From NCBI GenBank assembly GCA_027366525.1, contig DAHXKG010000003.1, positions 164,997-228,996 of the forward strand: a DNA stretch of 64,000 bases. Reading direction: 5' to 3'. The notes beneath the pieces are model-generated. The model saw nothing but the letters and a program-made list of their open reading frames with translations. It was not told where the DNA came from and did no database searches. A program made the translations under genes and the position numbers. This DNA comes from a candidate division FCPU426 bacterium. Lineage in GTDB: Bacteria > Oederibacteriota > Muellerivitia > Muellerivitales > DAHXKG01. Of the stretch, positions 18,915-29,051 are shown one piece after another. The stretch's first letter is position 1, and each line of letters starts with the position of its first letter.

Positions 18915-20075
18915 GTGATTATTATCTGTTCAATTATTTGGGTAGCCGTATCCATCCAAATGTTATGTTGTACTTGGATCAATGTTAAAACTATAACAAA
19001 ATTAAATCCAAAAATTAACAAAGATTTGAATTCATGGCCGATGGTATCTGTTTGTATTCCTGCCCGGAATGAAGAGCGAAATATCGAACAATGCCTGAAA
19101 AGTATTTTATTGCAGGATTATCCCCAATTCGAAGTTTTGGTATTAAATGACCAGTCAATTGATCGTACACGGCACATTGTTCAATCCTATCAGCATACGC
19201 ATCAACAGGTGAAACTCCTGGATGGAAAGCCGTTACCGCCCGAATGGAAAGGGAAACCCTGGGCTTGCGAACAACTTTCACAAGCTGCTCAAGGGGAATA
19301 TTTATGGTTTGTGGATGCCGATACATGGTATGAAAAATCAGCGCTTTCAAATTCCATGATTGAAATGGATCAAACCCAAGCCGATCTTTTGACCGTCATC
19401 AACAAGCAAATCACGAAAACATGGGCAGAAATATTAGTTGTTCCGGTAATGATTTTTTCCATTATTGGATTTTTCCCGATAACGGATTCTGGGTTTTTGA
19501 AGAAAAAAACAAAGGGGTGGGGTGGTGCGAATGGTCAGTTCTTGCTTTTCAAGCGCAGCTCCTACCATGCGATTAAAGGCCATCAAGCAGTCAAAAACGA
19601 GATTGTCGAGGATATTCAAATAGGACAAAAAATGATTCAAAACGGATTCAAAACGATCACGCGGAATGCCTCTCAGTGGGCTTATTGCCGAATGTATAAT
19701 TCTTTTGGAGAAGTTTGGGATGGATTTTCAAAAAACATGTTTCCCGCCTTCAATTTTTCGTTATGGAGAGCGGCTGGAGCCTTGGGCCTTTTTTTCTTGA
19801 TAACAATTTTACCCTATGGCTTGGTTTTTTTTATGCATGGATGGATTGAAGTGGTTATTATTGGATTAATCGGCGTAGAGGAAGTAGTGCGGTGGACTCA
19901 GGCTGTTCTATATCAACTGCCGAAAAGCTCAGTTGTATTGCATCCCCTGGGATGTTTGATTTATTTTTTAATTGGATTGAATTCAATCAGATGGTACAAA
20001 TGGTTAAAAAAGGGTTTTTGGAAAGGTCGGGAAATCACCTCCTCAAGACCAGAAAACCATAAAAAGATTTGTTGA
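18915..20075 (+). CDS. membrane glycosyltransferase family 2
   Basis: VSVCIPARNEERNI, LNDQSIDRT and DAD motifs, with C-terminal TM helices. The start is uncertain: GTG at 18915 abuts the divergent gene, and ATG at 18960 is an alternative. Confidence 0.8.
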   Translation: MIIICSIIWVAVSIQMLCCTWINVKTITKLNPKINKDLNSWPMVSVCIPARNEERNIEQCLKSILLQDYPQFEVLVLNDQSIDRTRHIVQSYQHTHQQVKLLDGKPLPPEWKGKPWACEQLSQAAQGEYLWFVDADTWYEKSALSNSMIEMDQTQADLLTVINKQITKTWAEILVVPVMIFSIIGFFPITDSGFLKKKTKGWGGANGQFLLFKRSSYHAIKGHQAVKNEIVEDIQIGQKMIQNGFKTITRNASQWAYCRMYNSFGEVWDGFSKNMFPAFNFSLWRAAGALGLFFLITILPYGLVFFMHGWIEVVIIGLIGVEEVVRWTQAVLYQLPKSSVVLHPLGCLIYFLIGLNSIRWYKWLKKGFWKGREITSSRPENHKKIC

Positions 20076-20560
20076 AACGCATAACGAATTTTTAAAAACG
20101 AAAAAATGTCAATCAAAAATTTTTTAGAGTCTTCAACATTTAGATAGGCTTCATGTTTTTAAACAAGTTACCTGATCATGTTAATGGTGGGTTTCATTCG
20201 GAGTAAATTAGTTTATTTTTACAAAGTGATTTTTATGTGAAATCCAGATCTTCAATGCAACAGTTCACGCGGCAGCCGATTACTGAATCTGATTTGGAAA
20301 TCTGGGCGTGTCACTAGGTTCATGATGAAGGAAACGTTGCGACAAGTTAGCCAACCAAAACTCCGTGTGATATAAATGTTGTCAAAAGTCATTGTTTATT
20401 AATGGGGCAAGTGATATTCTTTAAAAACTTGTCATTGCGTTATTTTCGAAATGCCTTAAAGTTTCCTCAAGAAATGAAATGCTAGTTCGAGCTTTTGATA
20501 AAAGCTCAATCCCCGAACGATAAGTGGGGGAAAAATGATGAGAATAGGGAATATATTATT

Positions 20561-21379
20561 ATGATGAATGCTCGTGATTTGAAACCGGTTATTCAGGTGG
20601 AAAACTTTTCAAAAAGTTTTGGATCAGTGAAAGCAGTTGATAATATCAGCTTTCAAGTTATTCCTGGAGAATGTTTTGGGCTATTGGGACCCAATGGAGC
20701 TGGAAAATCGACTACAATTAAAATGCTAATTACATTATTGCCGCCCGATGCAGGAACGGCAATTGTGAATGGATTTTCTATTACCAGTCAGGGTGCTCAT
20801 GTTCGGGAATCCATTGGATATGTTCCGCAGTCGCTTTCGGTTGATGGTGTTTTGACAGGCTATGAAAATCTCATGTTTTTTGGAAAACTTTATGGCTGGA
20901 GTGAGAAACAACTCAAGGATCGTGTACCGCTAGTTTTGGAATTAATGGATTTAAAAGAGGCGGCTCATCGTCAGGTTGCACATTATTCTGGGGGCATGGT
21001 TCGTCGGTTGGAAATTGGTCAGGCTATTTTACATCAACCCGCCGTTGTTTTTTTGGATGAACCAACAGTGGGATTGGATCCTGTTGCCCGCCATGCACTT
21101 TGGAAACATATTCAGGAGTTACGTCGACATCATTTGGTAACTTTGTTTTTAACCACGCATTATATGGATGAAGCGCAGGAGCTATGCTCTCATATTGCCA
21201 TTATGAATCACGGAAAAATTGTAGTTAATGGAACCCTACAAGAACTCCGGAAAATAGCGAAACTACCCAAAGCAAGTATGAATGATTTGTTTGTTCGATT
21301 TGTTGGTCCAATTGATTCAGAGAAAGGAGATCTTAATAATGTCTCAAAAATCCGCCGAATCGCTCGTCGGCTCAGTTAG
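20561..21379 (+). CDS. ABC transporter ATP-binding protein (ABC-2/DrrA type)
   Basis: Walker A GPNGAGKST, signature YSGGMVRRL and Walker B VVFLDEPT. ATG at 20561 chosen inside the longer track ORF. Confidence 0.9.
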   Translation: MMNARDLKPVIQVENFSKSFGSVKAVDNISFQVIPGECFGLLGPNGAGKSTTIKMLITLLPPDAGTAIVNGFSITSQGAHVRESIGYVPQSLSVDGVLTGYENLMFFGKLYGWSEKQLKDRVPLVLELMDLKEAAHRQVAHYSGGMVRRLEIGQAILHQPAVVFLDEPTVGLDPVARHALWKHIQELRRHHLVTLFLTTHYMDEAQELCSHIAIMNHGKIVVNGTLQELRKIAKLPKASMNDLFVRFVGPIDSEKGDLNNVSKIRRIARRLS

Positions 21380-22154
21380 ACGATGTGGCCCCTTTGTACT
21401 TTATTTATATCATGTTTGGACTATTATTGAGTTGGAAACCTTAAAGATTTTTAAGGATCCAACCGAAATCATTTCTCGAAGTATTCAACCGGCTCTTTGG
21501 TTGATATTATTTGGAGAGGCTTTTAGTCGAATTCACATGGTTCCGACAGGCCAAGTGAGTTACTTAGCGTTTTTAACCCCCGGCATACTAGCTCAATCGA
21601 TTGCTTTTGTATCTATTTTTAATGGATTAGCCATTATCTGGGAAAAAGATATGGGCATTTTGCAAAAAATTCTGACGACGCCGGTTAAACGATCGGCTTT
21701 AGTGCTTGGAAAAATGTTGGCTTCGACCGTTCGATCATTTAGTCAGTTAATTGTAGTAATTATTGTGGCTTCCACACTGGGTGTTCATTTAAAGTGGAGT
21801 TTTGATCGCGTGGTGGGTCTTTTGGGATTTACCATTTTAGGATCTGTTTTTTTTACAGGTTTTTCAATGATTATTGCAGCCTTGGTTAAAACTCGCGAAC
21901 GAATGATGGGAATTGGTCAATTAGTTACCATGCCGTTATTTTTTACATCTAGTGCGCTTTATCCCATATCCATTATGCCTAAATGGCTTCAAACCTTAGC
22001 GAAAATAAATCCATTAAGCTATTTGGTTAATGGACTTCGAGGACTTTTTTTAAGTACGTCCTATGCCCAAGGGACTGATATTGGAATTTTATTAATGGTT
22101 TCCCTATTGGTTTGGATTTGGGGAACGATTCAATATCCACGATTATTAATTTGA
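21339..22154 (+). CDS. ABC-2 type transporter permease
   Basis: 6-TM ABC-2 pattern. AGGAGA RBS before the ATG at 21339. Overlaps the end of the ATPase gene. Confidence 0.85.
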   Translation: MSQKSAESLVGSVRRCGPFVLYLYHVWTIIELETLKIFKDPTEIISRSIQPALWLILFGEAFSRIHMVPTGQVSYLAFLTPGILAQSIAFVSIFNGLAIIWEKDMGILQKILTTPVKRSALVLGKMLASTVRSFSQLIVVIIVASTLGVHLKWSFDRVVGLLGFTILGSVFFTGFSMIIAALVKTRERMMGIGQLVTMPLFFTSSALYPISIMPKWLQTLAKINPLSYLVNGLRGLFLSTSYAQGTDIGILLMVSLLVWIWGTIQYPRLLI

Positions 22155-22847
22155 AGAATAAAATATTTCAATTGATTCAAACCTAGGGATTGTTCTAGTC
22201 GGGCTTGAATATTTCGAAACCAAAGAAGTCTTCAGATGGCATAAAATACGATTCAAAGCATCCTCCAAAAAGCTGTTCTTCAAACAGAAAAATATATTTA
22301 TCGGGCATTCGGGTTCACCGGGTTTTTTCCAGAGGGAGCATCATCTTCTTCGCTTAGAGGATGTGGAGACCATGAAACCCAAGTTTATTCTTTTGGGGCT
22401 AGGCTCGGGATACCCATCGGAGGCTCATTATGTCGAGATTCATTTTCCGGAATTTTATTGAGACTTATGTCCATTAGTTCTTGAGTATCGTTTTTTTGAA
22501 CAGAGTCGAGTCCATTGAATTTGAATCCGGCTTGTTCATTCCATTAATCATTAATTTTAGAAGGGATCTGTATGAAATCCTTAATTCTAATGGCATTGGC
22601 TCATCGCTGCAGCAACCTGGGTTATTTTATGCGTGGGATGGCGTTTGCTACAAAGCGTTTGAGTTGGGATTTTGTTTTAACATCGTTAAAATGACAAAAT
22701 AGGACATGAATAAAATCGAAGGGGTTATCGTGAATAATAGTTCTAATGATAATGCGAGTAATTAAACAAAGATTTTTGGAGTAGAAGTGGATACATTCAT
22801 TTAGGATTAAAAATGATAAGAAAATTCATCCAAAAGAATCACTCGGT

Positions 22848-23174
22848 TTAAGAATGATTGGGAGAAGAGGTTGAGTCGGAAATTTTTGATTTGGTAACAT
22901 ATAATTTTTGAAGTGTTTCTAAAGTGGTTTTAAGAACTTTTTGCTCCTCGGAGTTTAGATTATCTTTTGTTTTTTGAGCAAGCGCAACAAGCATGTTGAT
23001 ACTGGTTCGTGCTCGGGGTAAATTAATTTCTTTGGTTTTCAAAAATGGATTACTTAATTCACCTAGATCCATTTGAGCGGAGGACGCGATCATTAAAATC
23101 AAATCAATCAAATAATAATCTTGAGAATCGGATGAATCCATTGAGTCATTATTTTCAGAGCTATTTAATGCCAT
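22848..23174 (-). CDS. DUF1844 domain protein
   Basis: LILMIASSAQMDLG ... ARTSINMLVALAQKTKDNLNSEE matches the DUF1844 consensus. Confidence 0.65.
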   Translation of the reverse strand: MALNSSENNDSMDSSDSQDYYLIDLILMIASSAQMDLGELSNPFLKTKEINLPRARTSINMLVALAQKTKDNLNSEEQKVLKTTLETLQKLYVTKSKISDSTSSPNHS

Positions 23175-23183
23175 GAGATCCCA

Positions 23184-23750
23184 TTAATGAAATAGTTTTT
23201 TCCAAAAATGATGACGCGAGTTCTTCGATTGGAACTTTTTGGGATTTCCTGTAAAGCCACTAATGGGAGATAGCCCGCCGCCTAATGGGGGATTTGATTT
23301 AAAATTGCCCGGGGGTAAATTTTTGTGATGCTGATTGTGAAGGTAATACCATATTCCTAAAATAATTAAAAGGATCAAAAGAAGAATAATCCATAACCAA
23401 CTTGAGGATTTTTCTTTTTTTGCCGTTGAAGAAGAATTAATCGCTAGTGTTGGCATGGGCTGTACGGTAGCTTGAGCATGAAGTGTCGTAGGTTTTTTGG
23501 CAATTAAGTGTTGTCGCATAGGTAAGCGCGAAGTGGACTGTTTATGGGGAATGATTTTTGAAACTGTTGGTTGCGGTTGAGGTGTTGGCGTTGGTTTTAC
23601 AGGAACTTGAAGGCTTGGCATAGAAGCGGCCACCGATGGGGGAGCATTTTTTTCACTTTTAATATTCGATTTACCACAAGCGGGTAATGAAAGGGTAATT
23701 AAACCTGTCAGTAGCAAGGCCCAACGATAAATGGAATTAGAATGTTTCAT
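23184..23750 (-). CDS. proline-rich lipoprotein with C-terminal TM segment
   Basis: Signal peptide with lipobox LPAC, a Pro/Thr-rich linker and a hydrophobic stretch WLWIILLLILLIILGIWYYL. Confidence 0.5.
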   Translation of the reverse strand: MKHSNSIYRWALLLTGLITLSLPACGKSNIKSEKNAPPSVAASMPSLQVPVKPTPTPQPQPTVSKIIPHKQSTSRLPMRQHLIAKKPTTLHAQATVQPMPTLAINSSSTAKKEKSSSWLWIILLLILLIILGIWYYLHNQHHKNLPPGNFKSNPPLGGGLSPISGFTGNPKKFQSKNSRHHFWKKLFH

Positions 23751-24295
23751 AAAATCCTTTATTCATATTTATAATATTGTAACCCAATTTATTAAAAAAA
23801 TCGATCAAGTTAACTAAAATAATGTATAAAAAACAGGGGTACAAATTATGACAAAATAATCTTTTTAAAAAGGAGTCTCGCGATTGTTATTTAAACTGCG
23901 ATTGTTTTATAAAAGTGAAAGAATTTAACGTATAAGCAAATGCTAGGTTAGTGAAAATTTTTTATCAAAGTTAGTATCTTAAATCACCATAATATTTTTA
24001 GTGGAAAGTTAAAGCGTGCTTAAAGTATTAGACAACTAGCTAGATTTTAAATCAGGGGCATCAAATTTTTAAAATACTGATAATTTAAACCTTGTTTTAA
24101 TAGAGTTGCAAATGCAGTCGGAAGTTTAACCACGATTATTCACATACATTACACTGGTTTTTGTTTTGAAAATTTCAGTTTTTAAATCACTCTGGTTCAA
24201 AATAAATTGAGTAAAAAAGAAAGCCTCCGACTAAAGTAAAATGGGATGGATGACAGGCCAAAACGACGGTTATTGGCCGTCACTCTTCAAACATC

Positions 24296-25075
24296 CGGAG
24301 GCGCATGTCGAGGGTACCCCCGACCAGTCTTTTTGCCCAAGTTCTGAAAATCGTGGAACGTTCAATTTTTGAACGGATCGTACGAGAAACGAAGCCGAGA
24401 AACATGCCAAAGGGTTTAGCTGCTGGGGTCCGTTAGTTTCCATGATGTTTTGCCAAATGGAGACTGCCCATTCCTTAGGTGAAATCAGCCATGGTTTGAA
24501 AACCGCTGTAGGTACTCAATCCTCTGGGACTTCCGTCGGTCTCTGCCAAATCCGTGCTAGCCTATGCCAATTCCGTCAGGCCTTGGCAGGTGTATCAGGC
24601 AGTGTTCAACCGCCCTTTGGGAGAGTATCAAAAGAAAGCCGCTACGCACAAACGAAGTTTCATTTCAAAAGTCCGATCTACAACCTCAATGCCACTACGA
24701 GATTGATCTTCGTCTTTCGTTATATAACTGGGCGAAGTTTCGCAGAGTCAAAGGGGCGATCAAACTTCATCTTCTCCTAGACCACCAAGGTTATTTACCT
24801 TCGTGGGGATTAGTGAGTGATGGAAAAGCTCATGAGGTCAAAATCGCACAAAAGCTTGATTTTCCAGCGGATTACATCGTGGTGATGGATCGAGGTTATT
24901 TGGATTTCAACCTTTTAGCTCGTTGACCCCTTCAGAAAATCGGGTGGGCGACTCGAGCCAAGATCAACTTGGCTTATGAAGTAGTCCCCAAAATGCTCAT
25001 CCCTTGGCAGTAACGTTTTGAAAGACGAATGGGTTCATTTACAGGCTTCCTGCTGCACTCGTCCTATGCGATGAA
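24296..25075 (+). pseudogene. IS4-family (DUF4372 + DDE_Tnp_1) transposase remnant, multiply frameshifted and 3-prime truncated
   Basis: Transposase-like segments lie in three different frames: LFAQVLKIVERSIFERIVRETKPRNMPKGFSCWG, KLHLLLDHQGYLPSWGLVSDGKAHEVKIAQKL...VMDRGYLDFNL and WATRAKINLAYEVV. The C-terminal catalytic part is absent. Confidence 0.7.
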
Positions 25076-25152
25076 GTAAGCCATTCATTGTGTGAACAAT
25101 GATTTTAAGTATAATTGAAGGGAAGGTTTTTATACACGAGGGAAGGGAAACT

Positions 25153-25815
25153 ATGGAAAAACATACTCCATATTTCAAGGTTTTGGATGCTTTTCAACAG
25201 TCTTCCAGTTGTGGATTATGTCTTCTTGAAAAAGATGCACTGCGTTCTTATCTAGAAGCTTTTTTATATGAAAATGTCAATGATCCTAAATCTCGAGCAA
25301 TCTTAAAAGCATCCCGGGGTTATTGTTCTTCCCACACCGATGAGTTAGTCGGACGTCATGATGTTTTAGCGCTCTCCATTTTATATCGCGATCAATGCCT
25401 TGAAGCAGATTCCTTTTTAGAAAAAAATAAAAAATTCAAAAATCAATACAAAAAATGGAATCAGCACGAATTTTGTCCAGCCTGTAAACAAGCCCAACAG
25501 ATTCGGAAACATTACCTAGGGATTTTAATCCAGGGACTCCAGGAAGAAGAACTCCGGACGGCCTTTTTAAATCATTTTCAGATATGCATGAAACATTTTT
25601 TGTTGATAACAGACCAGCTTCAAGATTCTTCTTTTAAAAAACAAATAGTGCAAAAAATGCAGATGCAATTAAAATTTCTGGCTCAGGAGTTGGATCAATA
25701 CTGTCAGGACATTCAAAAAAATGCCAATGGAAGTTTATTGGATTCTCCTTATCATTCTTCTTGGAAGCGGGCGATTGAAGCAGTGGCTGGACAGCCTGGC
25801 GTTTTTATTGTTTAA
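25153..25815 (+). CDS. Cys-rich hypothetical protein (possibly DUF6062-like)
   Basis: CGLC ... GYCSSH ... CPAC ... CMKH ligand pattern. ATG at 25153 follows a purine-rich RBS. Confidence 0.45.
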   Translation: MEKHTPYFKVLDAFQQSSSCGLCLLEKDALRSYLEAFLYENVNDPKSRAILKASRGYCSSHTDELVGRHDVLALSILYRDQCLEADSFLEKNKKFKNQYKKWNQHEFCPACKQAQQIRKHYLGILIQGLQEEELRTAFLNHFQICMKHFLLITDQLQDSSFKKQIVQKMQMQLKFLAQELDQYCQDIQKNANGSLLDSPYHSSWKRAIEAVAGQPGVFIV

Positions 25816-26220
25816 GAAAATCTGATTTCATTGAATTTTTTTATTTTAATTCACCTACTTAAATTTATTTCAGGACGCTCGCTTCGATTTTTTTCGAACA
25901 AAAAAGATGTATTGAGAGAGGGACATCAGGATTAGGATATAAGTAGTAATGATTTTCTGCTTTGACTTAAAAAAATATAACAGTTCAATCTGCAGTGAAA
26001 AGAAGAATCGGAAAATAATATTAATTTGATTCGACGCTAACTTTTGACGTGGATCAAAACGAGTAAAGACAGGGTCGGCATAGCCGAAATTAAATTAGAA
26101 TGGCGGTCATGAGTGAGTTAAAGAAGGAGTTTAAAGGAGCGGAGTGCCGTCTACGTTGAGCTGAACTCAAATTAGATAAACACAAGGGACGATATGGACA
26201 TCGCCCATTGTGGGCAGATT

Positions 26221-26382
26221 TTATTTTCGCAGGCGTTCGACTGAACGTATGGTGATTTCCAGGTTGCAACTGTTGTTTTCCTTACACCATGCTTCACATT
26301 TTTCAGCGGTTTCTTTCTCTGTGTAATGAAGTCCACATTCGTGGCATTGATACAATTCGATTGATTTTTTGAGGTCATCCAT
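26221..26382 (-). CDS. small Cys-rich protein (53 aa), not in the ORF track
   Basis: Own translation: MDDLKKSIELYQCHECGLHYTEKETAEKCEAWCKENNSCNLEITIRSVERLRK. It has a zinc-ribbon-like CxxC plus CxxxC. The 68-aa track ORF in another frame looks spurious. Confidence 0.45.
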   Translation of the reverse strand: MDDLKKSIELYQCHECGLHYTEKETAEKCEAWCKENNSCNLEITIRSVERLRK

Positions 26383-26530
26383 TAACTATTTCTCGTCTCC
26401 AATTTTAGAGATACTCGATTTTGCATTGAATAAGTTTAAAACATTTTGATTTCAATATGAACTAGAAAGCATGAGTAAACATGCGTATGAAATGGAAGGC
26501 AAAAGACCAAATTGTTCGATGAAAAGACAA

Positions 26531-26624
<94 letters not shown>

Positions 26625-26653
26625 TCATGATTCAAGTTGTTTAATAGGATAAT

Positions 26654-26739
26654 TGGCGGAGGGTGCAGGACTCGAACCTGCAAGGGGTTTCCCCCGGTGG
26701 ATTTCAAGTCCACTGCCTTACCAGTTAGACTAACCCTCC
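26654..26739 (-). tRNA. tRNA-Ser (anticodon UGA), CCA encoded
   Basis: The reverse complement has acceptor GGAGGGT/ACCCTCC, anticodon stem GTGGA/TCCAC with loop CTTGAAA (anticodon TGA), long variable arm, GGTTCGAGTCC T-arm and CCA. Confidence 0.9.
26701..26739. repeat. attL-type direct repeat (5-prime half of tRNA-Ser(UGA))
   Basis: atttcaagtccactgccttaccagttagactaaccctcc recurs at 57642-57680 with one mismatch (26735 C vs 57676 T). Confidence 0.85.
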
Positions 26740-26746
26740 ATCTCCC

Positions 26747-27521
26747 TCAAACTCTTACAGCACCATCATTTTTTAAAACCATTCGCTGATTGAACACCAC
26801 TGAAACTTCTGGAGTCCTATAGGTGTCCTTCAACTCTTTAAACCGTCTCACTTTGGCCAACGCGTTCTGGCGGTCTTCCCGATCAATCCGGTCGTACTTC
26901 CAAAAGACCGCATAGGTCTTATGTCCGGAAATCGACATAATTGTCGTATCACTTAAACCGGACTTTCTAAAGTTCGTAATCGCATAGTTCCGTAAATCAT
27001 GGAAATGAAAGTTTGTAATATTAGCACGGACGCACGCTTTTAGAAAAGCCGTTCTTGGGTCTTTTATTCTCCGACCCCTGAAATTGAAAACATAGGGATT
27101 CCCCAAAACTTTGGGTATTCTCCTGAAAAGATTTGCAAAATTCTCATCCAGGGGAATTTCCCGTTCTTCCTGTGTTTTGGTGTCTGTGGATCTCGAGGTA
27201 GGAACGCCTTCCCTTAAATCCACATTCTCCCATTTCAATCCCAGCACCTCACCCCGTCTCATTCCTGTGTCATAAGCCAACTGAACGACTGGCCGGATAT
27301 GGGGAGAGCAATGGTCTAACAATCTTTAGGTATTCCTCAGAAGCCAGAGTTCGATTTCGGGAAGTCTCCCGAAACATTTTTAACCCTTCAACCAGATTCC
27401 GATAAACCTGCCGGTTTAAAACTGCTCTGCGAGCGATCGAGAAAATATCTTTTTTCATCCTTCCGAAAATATCGTGGAAGCCATGGGCATAGGTTGACTC
27501 ATGTTTTCTCCTAACGTTCAC
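26747..27521 (-). pseudogene. tyrosine recombinase/integrase, frameshifted
   Basis: Two overlapping ORFs in different frames (27270-27521 and 26747-27322) together give the catalytic domain: TGMRRGE (R), HDLRN (HxxR), SGH and a C-terminal Tyr region. The frameshift is near 27300. Confidence 0.8.
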
Positions 27522-27799
27522 AGCAAGACGTATTATATCAATTAACCCTCCTAAAGAAAGAGGATTTTTGAAAACATTTAAGAAGACGGAAAATCAAACC
27601 CTCGGATGCACTTTAGGATGGGCTTCAGGTTTTGATTTCCTTTTTCAATAGACCAATCAAATTTTGAAGGAAGGTTTCAGCCAATAACCGGTAATAAGGT
27701 TGCCGCTACTGGTGTCATAATAAAGGACCGTATAAACACGGTTAGCAATCGCCTCGGGGTCATCATCATAAAGATGGTTGTAGGTATGGGATTTGTTTT

Positions 27800-28419
27800 T
27801 ATCCACTAGGTTGAACTGGTAACCAAAGGAAATACGCCATCAATCCTAGAAAGGCCACGGGTGGGAACCTTACCTGTTCCAGAAGCCGCTTTGAGGGAAG
27901 CTGTTCTCAATGCGGTTATTCACAAAGATTATTCGATCTATACCACTATTCAGATCAGTGTTTATGACGACAAGTTGATGATTTGGAATCCGGGCGAACT
28001 GCCCCACCAATGGACACTTGGAAAATTGAAAGGCAAACATGAATCCAGACCTTTCAATCCTGATATTGCTAAACGCTTTTTTTAGGGCAGGTATGATTAA
28101 ATCATGGGGTCGTGGGATTGAACGCATATTTGAAGCTTGCCGGGTAGCTAAATGCCCTAAACCTCAATTTCGCCCGGATCATTCAGGGTTATGGGTAGAA
28201 TTTCAGTTTCCTAAAACGACGGTAGAAACGACAGTAAAAACACATTCATTGATTTTGGAATATTTGGAAAAAAAGCTGAAAGCGACTTTAGCTGAAGTAG
28301 CTTTTGGAATAAATAAATCGCTACGTGCGGTTGAGCGAGCAGCTTCCAGATTGGTTAAAGAAAATAAGCTTCGTTTTATTGGGTCGCGCAAAGGTGGACA
28401 TTGGGAGGTTTTGAAATGA
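27800..28419 (+). pseudogene. C-terminal fragment of a Schlafen/AlbA_2-HATPase_c_4-wHTH protein (COG2865-like), frameshifted
   Basis: LREAVLNAVIHKDYS ... NPDIAKRFF then, in the next frame, RAGMIKSWGRGIERI ... GSRKGGHWEVLK. The frame change sits at a T7 run (28077-28083). The N-terminal AlbA_2 part is absent. Confidence 0.7.
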
Positions 28420-28694
28420 AACGGGACCAATTTGAGAGGAAAATAAATATTGATGATAATGGTCCTGGGCGAATTAAGGATGGTCGTTTTTCCCATGAGG
28501 GTTGTTTAATGGCGAATGACTACGAAATCGTAAAACTTTCGCCTGCTAGTCCAGAGGTTTATGAGCAATTAGGAAGCAAGTCAAAGTTTTGGTTGCGCTT
28601 GGAAGTCGATCCAAAACCGTGACTTGTGCGTCTTCAGCCGTCTTTGGAGAATCCTTGGTTTGGAAATTGTAACAGTTTAGGTTCCTCACTTGAC

Positions 28695-28955
28695 CTAGTT
28701 TGAAGTGATGGTCAACATTAGGTTGGCCCGTCTTCTTTGCTCCAACGTCCATTGTTTTTTCGCTGCCCGATTGGCTAAAATTTCTTCCCACCGTCTTTCA
28801 TAAACATCTATCGGGCTCACGTTTTTCAACGACTCGTACGGTATCCTATTGTACTGCTCTACCGTTTCCTTGATAGCTTTTCCAATTCCGCCGGACTCTG
28901 ATACACCAATCAGATTTACTTCTTCTTTGATTCTCCGATTCAGTTTCTCCAGCAT
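28695..28955 (-). pseudogene. transposase C-terminal remnant (rve/integrase-core type)
   Basis: YNRIPYESLKNVSPIDVY resembles the YN..RPH..L...TP tail of IS3/IS481-type DDE transposases. No catalytic core is present. Confidence 0.5.
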
Positions 28956-29051
28956 CCTCCTAGGTCTTTAGAAATCTTGGTCGATTCCTAGTTTGACCCA
29001 CGGGGAGCTGCTCCTTCAATTCAAATGTGCGAAATATATTCTACGTTATCC

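Noticed and set aside
22155-22847. Roughly 700-nt gap after the ABC-2 operon containing a 73-aa plus-strand ORF and several ORFs under 40 aa
   Set aside because: No motifs, RBS or family resemblance. It may be decayed sequence, but I cannot support any feature.
26654-26739. Possible selenocysteine tRNA, because of the long variable arm and a UGA-related anticodon
   Set aside because: The anticodon read 5-prime to 3-prime is UGA (decodes UCA, Ser), not UCA. The acceptor and D arms fit an ordinary class II tRNA-Ser.
28401-28622. 73-aa ORF with LGSKSKFW, reminiscent of the N-terminus of HipA-like kinases
   Set aside because: Only a short stub remains before the sequence breaks into an IS remnant. 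The motif match is from memory and too short to support a call.
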